This document shows, piece after piece, positions 63,301 to 64,000 of a stretch of DNA of 64,000 bases; the first letter of the stretch is position 1, and each line of letters starts with the position of its first letter. Source of the stretch: a virus (lineage: Duplodnaviria; Heunggongvirae; Uroviricota; Caudoviricetes); the IMG/VR virus record IMGVR_UViG_3300028797_000099, positions 64,001 through 128,000 of that record; one strand, written 5' to 3'. A program made the translations under genes and the position numbers. Below the pieces are notes generated by a model. The model was not told where the DNA came from. It ran no database searches and saw nothing but the letters and a program-made list of their open reading frames with translations.

Positions 63301-64000
63301 TTTTTTCCTGCAATTCATTTGCGAAATTATCATTGAACGAATCAACAAGAGTATCACGGTCGAACGCAGGGTTGACATCATTCTTTGATGCATCCTCGGC
63401 GGCATATTTAACCATCAAGGCACCCATTGTCGGAATAATCTTCTTGTCGATATCATCATATTGACCCGTGCCAAGATATCCACGCAACACTTGCTTGGTA
63501 AAGTACATCGGTGCCGGAGATGCATCGGCATCATCCCCAAGGAGACTATCCATTCTGATAGTATTGTCGTCAACATCCGGGCTAGCCGCAACCGCATCGT
63601 TCACGATTCTCAAGAACTGACGGTTAAAGTCAAACTTATTACGAACATTGATGTCATTCTTGACAAGATGCGCTATTTTGATGCCAAGTTCACCATTGTT
63701 TTGCAGGTAGAGCAACTTCTCTGCGAGCTTATCTTTAAGCGAGTTGACCTCGTCCGCAGTAAGAATAGCATTTCTTTTGCCACGAGTAACTTCATCCAAA
63801 GCTTCCTGGTACGCTTGCTTTGCTACCATCTCATCCTTATTACCCGGCGTCGTGGTATCTACAGGCTCCCCTTGCATGTCATCGGCATCGGTTTTCCTTC
63901 CGTTGATTTCTTCACTATCACCAGTTTCTATCGGATAGTCTTCAACCTCAACCTTGGTAAACCTATCTTTCAACCGATTAATGAAGTCATCGAAATCACG
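60329..64000 (-). CDS. Very large hypothetical protein, 5' end outside the window
   Basis: Frame open to the window edge (RDFDDFINRLKDR...), so the TTG at 63973 is not the true start. Confidence 0.75.
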   Translation of the reverse strand, partial: RDFDDFINRLKDRFTKVEVEDYPIETGDSEEINGRKTDADDMQGEPVDTTTPGNKDEMVAKQAYQEALDEVTRGKRNAILTADEVNSLKDKLAEKLLYLQNNGELGIKIAHLVKNDINVRNKFDFNRQFLRIVNDAVAASPDVDDNTIRMDSLLGDDADASPAPMYFTKQVLRGYLGTGQYDDIDKKIIPTMGALMVKYAAEDASKNDVNPAFDRDTLVDSFNDNFANELQEKIDALNAVSKSALGGMDNARQDSVQKQLKDEVKIYAAINKKIHNDTDYVAKVADIVVKNGDAIRRDALGMKVDAGGMIVPFVASTVKGFDSPGNAIIDFCVYNFESNASEELGKLTDAFRESNALRVMMNRLRQTVPEDSLSIDYRNGIGDVSRIDAMPYKSISENELSALESYFNKADLKGKYAQVADDIKDVYSNGIGRFVEAEGVKSPYTFDGDNINLDKVHSFFKSLMDLTEEYNTVGHSKRNTKMTYRQQTLNNEEQRKKTVVNEHFATLYSAFTNTVNKLSNGEPLQALDVRILNTVMREVVMNPMTVLVNNNARLITAFAYYEEGLKARARDASPSGAAYGRRDVAKETGRDREVIGLNKNVAKAVHAGTLAFDIRDDETLALEVGQINITFEKAKADFERYLDEYGSRYPTAVDIMNKSSDQDTLDKETANKKFFKDYPVRDKNGKVMNTFKGDTLARYRISELKLLEYRLAREILNAAGSRGFGNNRKEFIELLASQAKALSSEGVKSGRIHLVDDALLDELVNVDAELALATGVFNKSSNNNPATSARNFLRGKTGYPTNSVDDLIQNVISDDAADDNKLQDILADMDREGNPDLKEGSAINFNETMDVIGVNDDGTMRITASTILHEGDTLLVHVNGTTRVSDVKTVNYETYVNEKGETKQRAKDYIVTRVYWLNEGDKDIPFGRFQIRNALGCIALENRFDDVMRKLGQWHEDYENKVVPAQVMKKLHYLKLLYGGSQVSAVMKSAIAYCAWRVSNFNDESLRPKTKIDFGGEPINGQCVRDLVTTVASDLIKYGPDSALGRRIVDLLPDDFVDLAGSLGISINTALASKLKAMGNAQILKATSSDVKTKKILEELVDKFISAHGCVRPSWIAYSLNSADTQKEYSLTPKDVNDIVNTMQGVYKDELADIIMARNWVFAKPLVLEYQQSTDNPTYDGAIKYLEENYKAPAPNSKLSGAKFAKCISDTCKGKIKTTLGVS

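Noticed and set aside
23297-63938. Numerous 60-350-aa ORFs antisense or out of frame to long genes (e.g. 28320-29357, 41616-42386, 47685-48638, 61532-62362)
   Set aside because: Shadow ORFs of well-supported long CDSs, with no motifs or RBS.
63971-63973. TTG start of the last ORF
   Set aside because: The frame stays open to position 64000, so the gene starts outside the window.

Overview
A 64-kb segment of a jumbo tailed-phage genome with T4-like head genes. It uses the standard genetic code and has host-type TTGACA-N17-TATAAT promoters plus a recurring TATAAAC(TA) late-type promoter. Positions 1-3.2 kb hold a partial NAD-dependent DNA ligase and a WG-repeat protein. Positions 3.3-12.4 kb are a minus-strand RNA array: 34 tRNAs covering all 20 amino acids, several large unassigned structured RNAs, and a Ro60/TROVE gene. 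Beside that gene is a family of at least 7 related RNAs sharing one helix/internal-loop module (GUG-N-CG strand, pyrimidine-rich strand, UACUU). In some copies the module is inserted into an otherwise canonical tRNA; in others it is circularly permuted and carries only an anticodon stem-loop. This Ro/Y-like RNA system is the best candidate for an undescribed system. The rest of the window has late and virion genes (amidase, gp14-like neck, gp67/gp21/gp22-like prohead core, protease and scaffold, collagen-like fibre, large virion proteins), IF-3, a sigma-70-family factor, two Hsp20s, a DCC thioredoxin-like protein and an HTH-glycosyltransferase fusion. At least 8 unrelated proteins share a ~30-aa N-terminal leader ending in (C/L)FE, a second strong candidate system (head-packaging/cleavage tag). 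All calls were made by eye; no searches were run.
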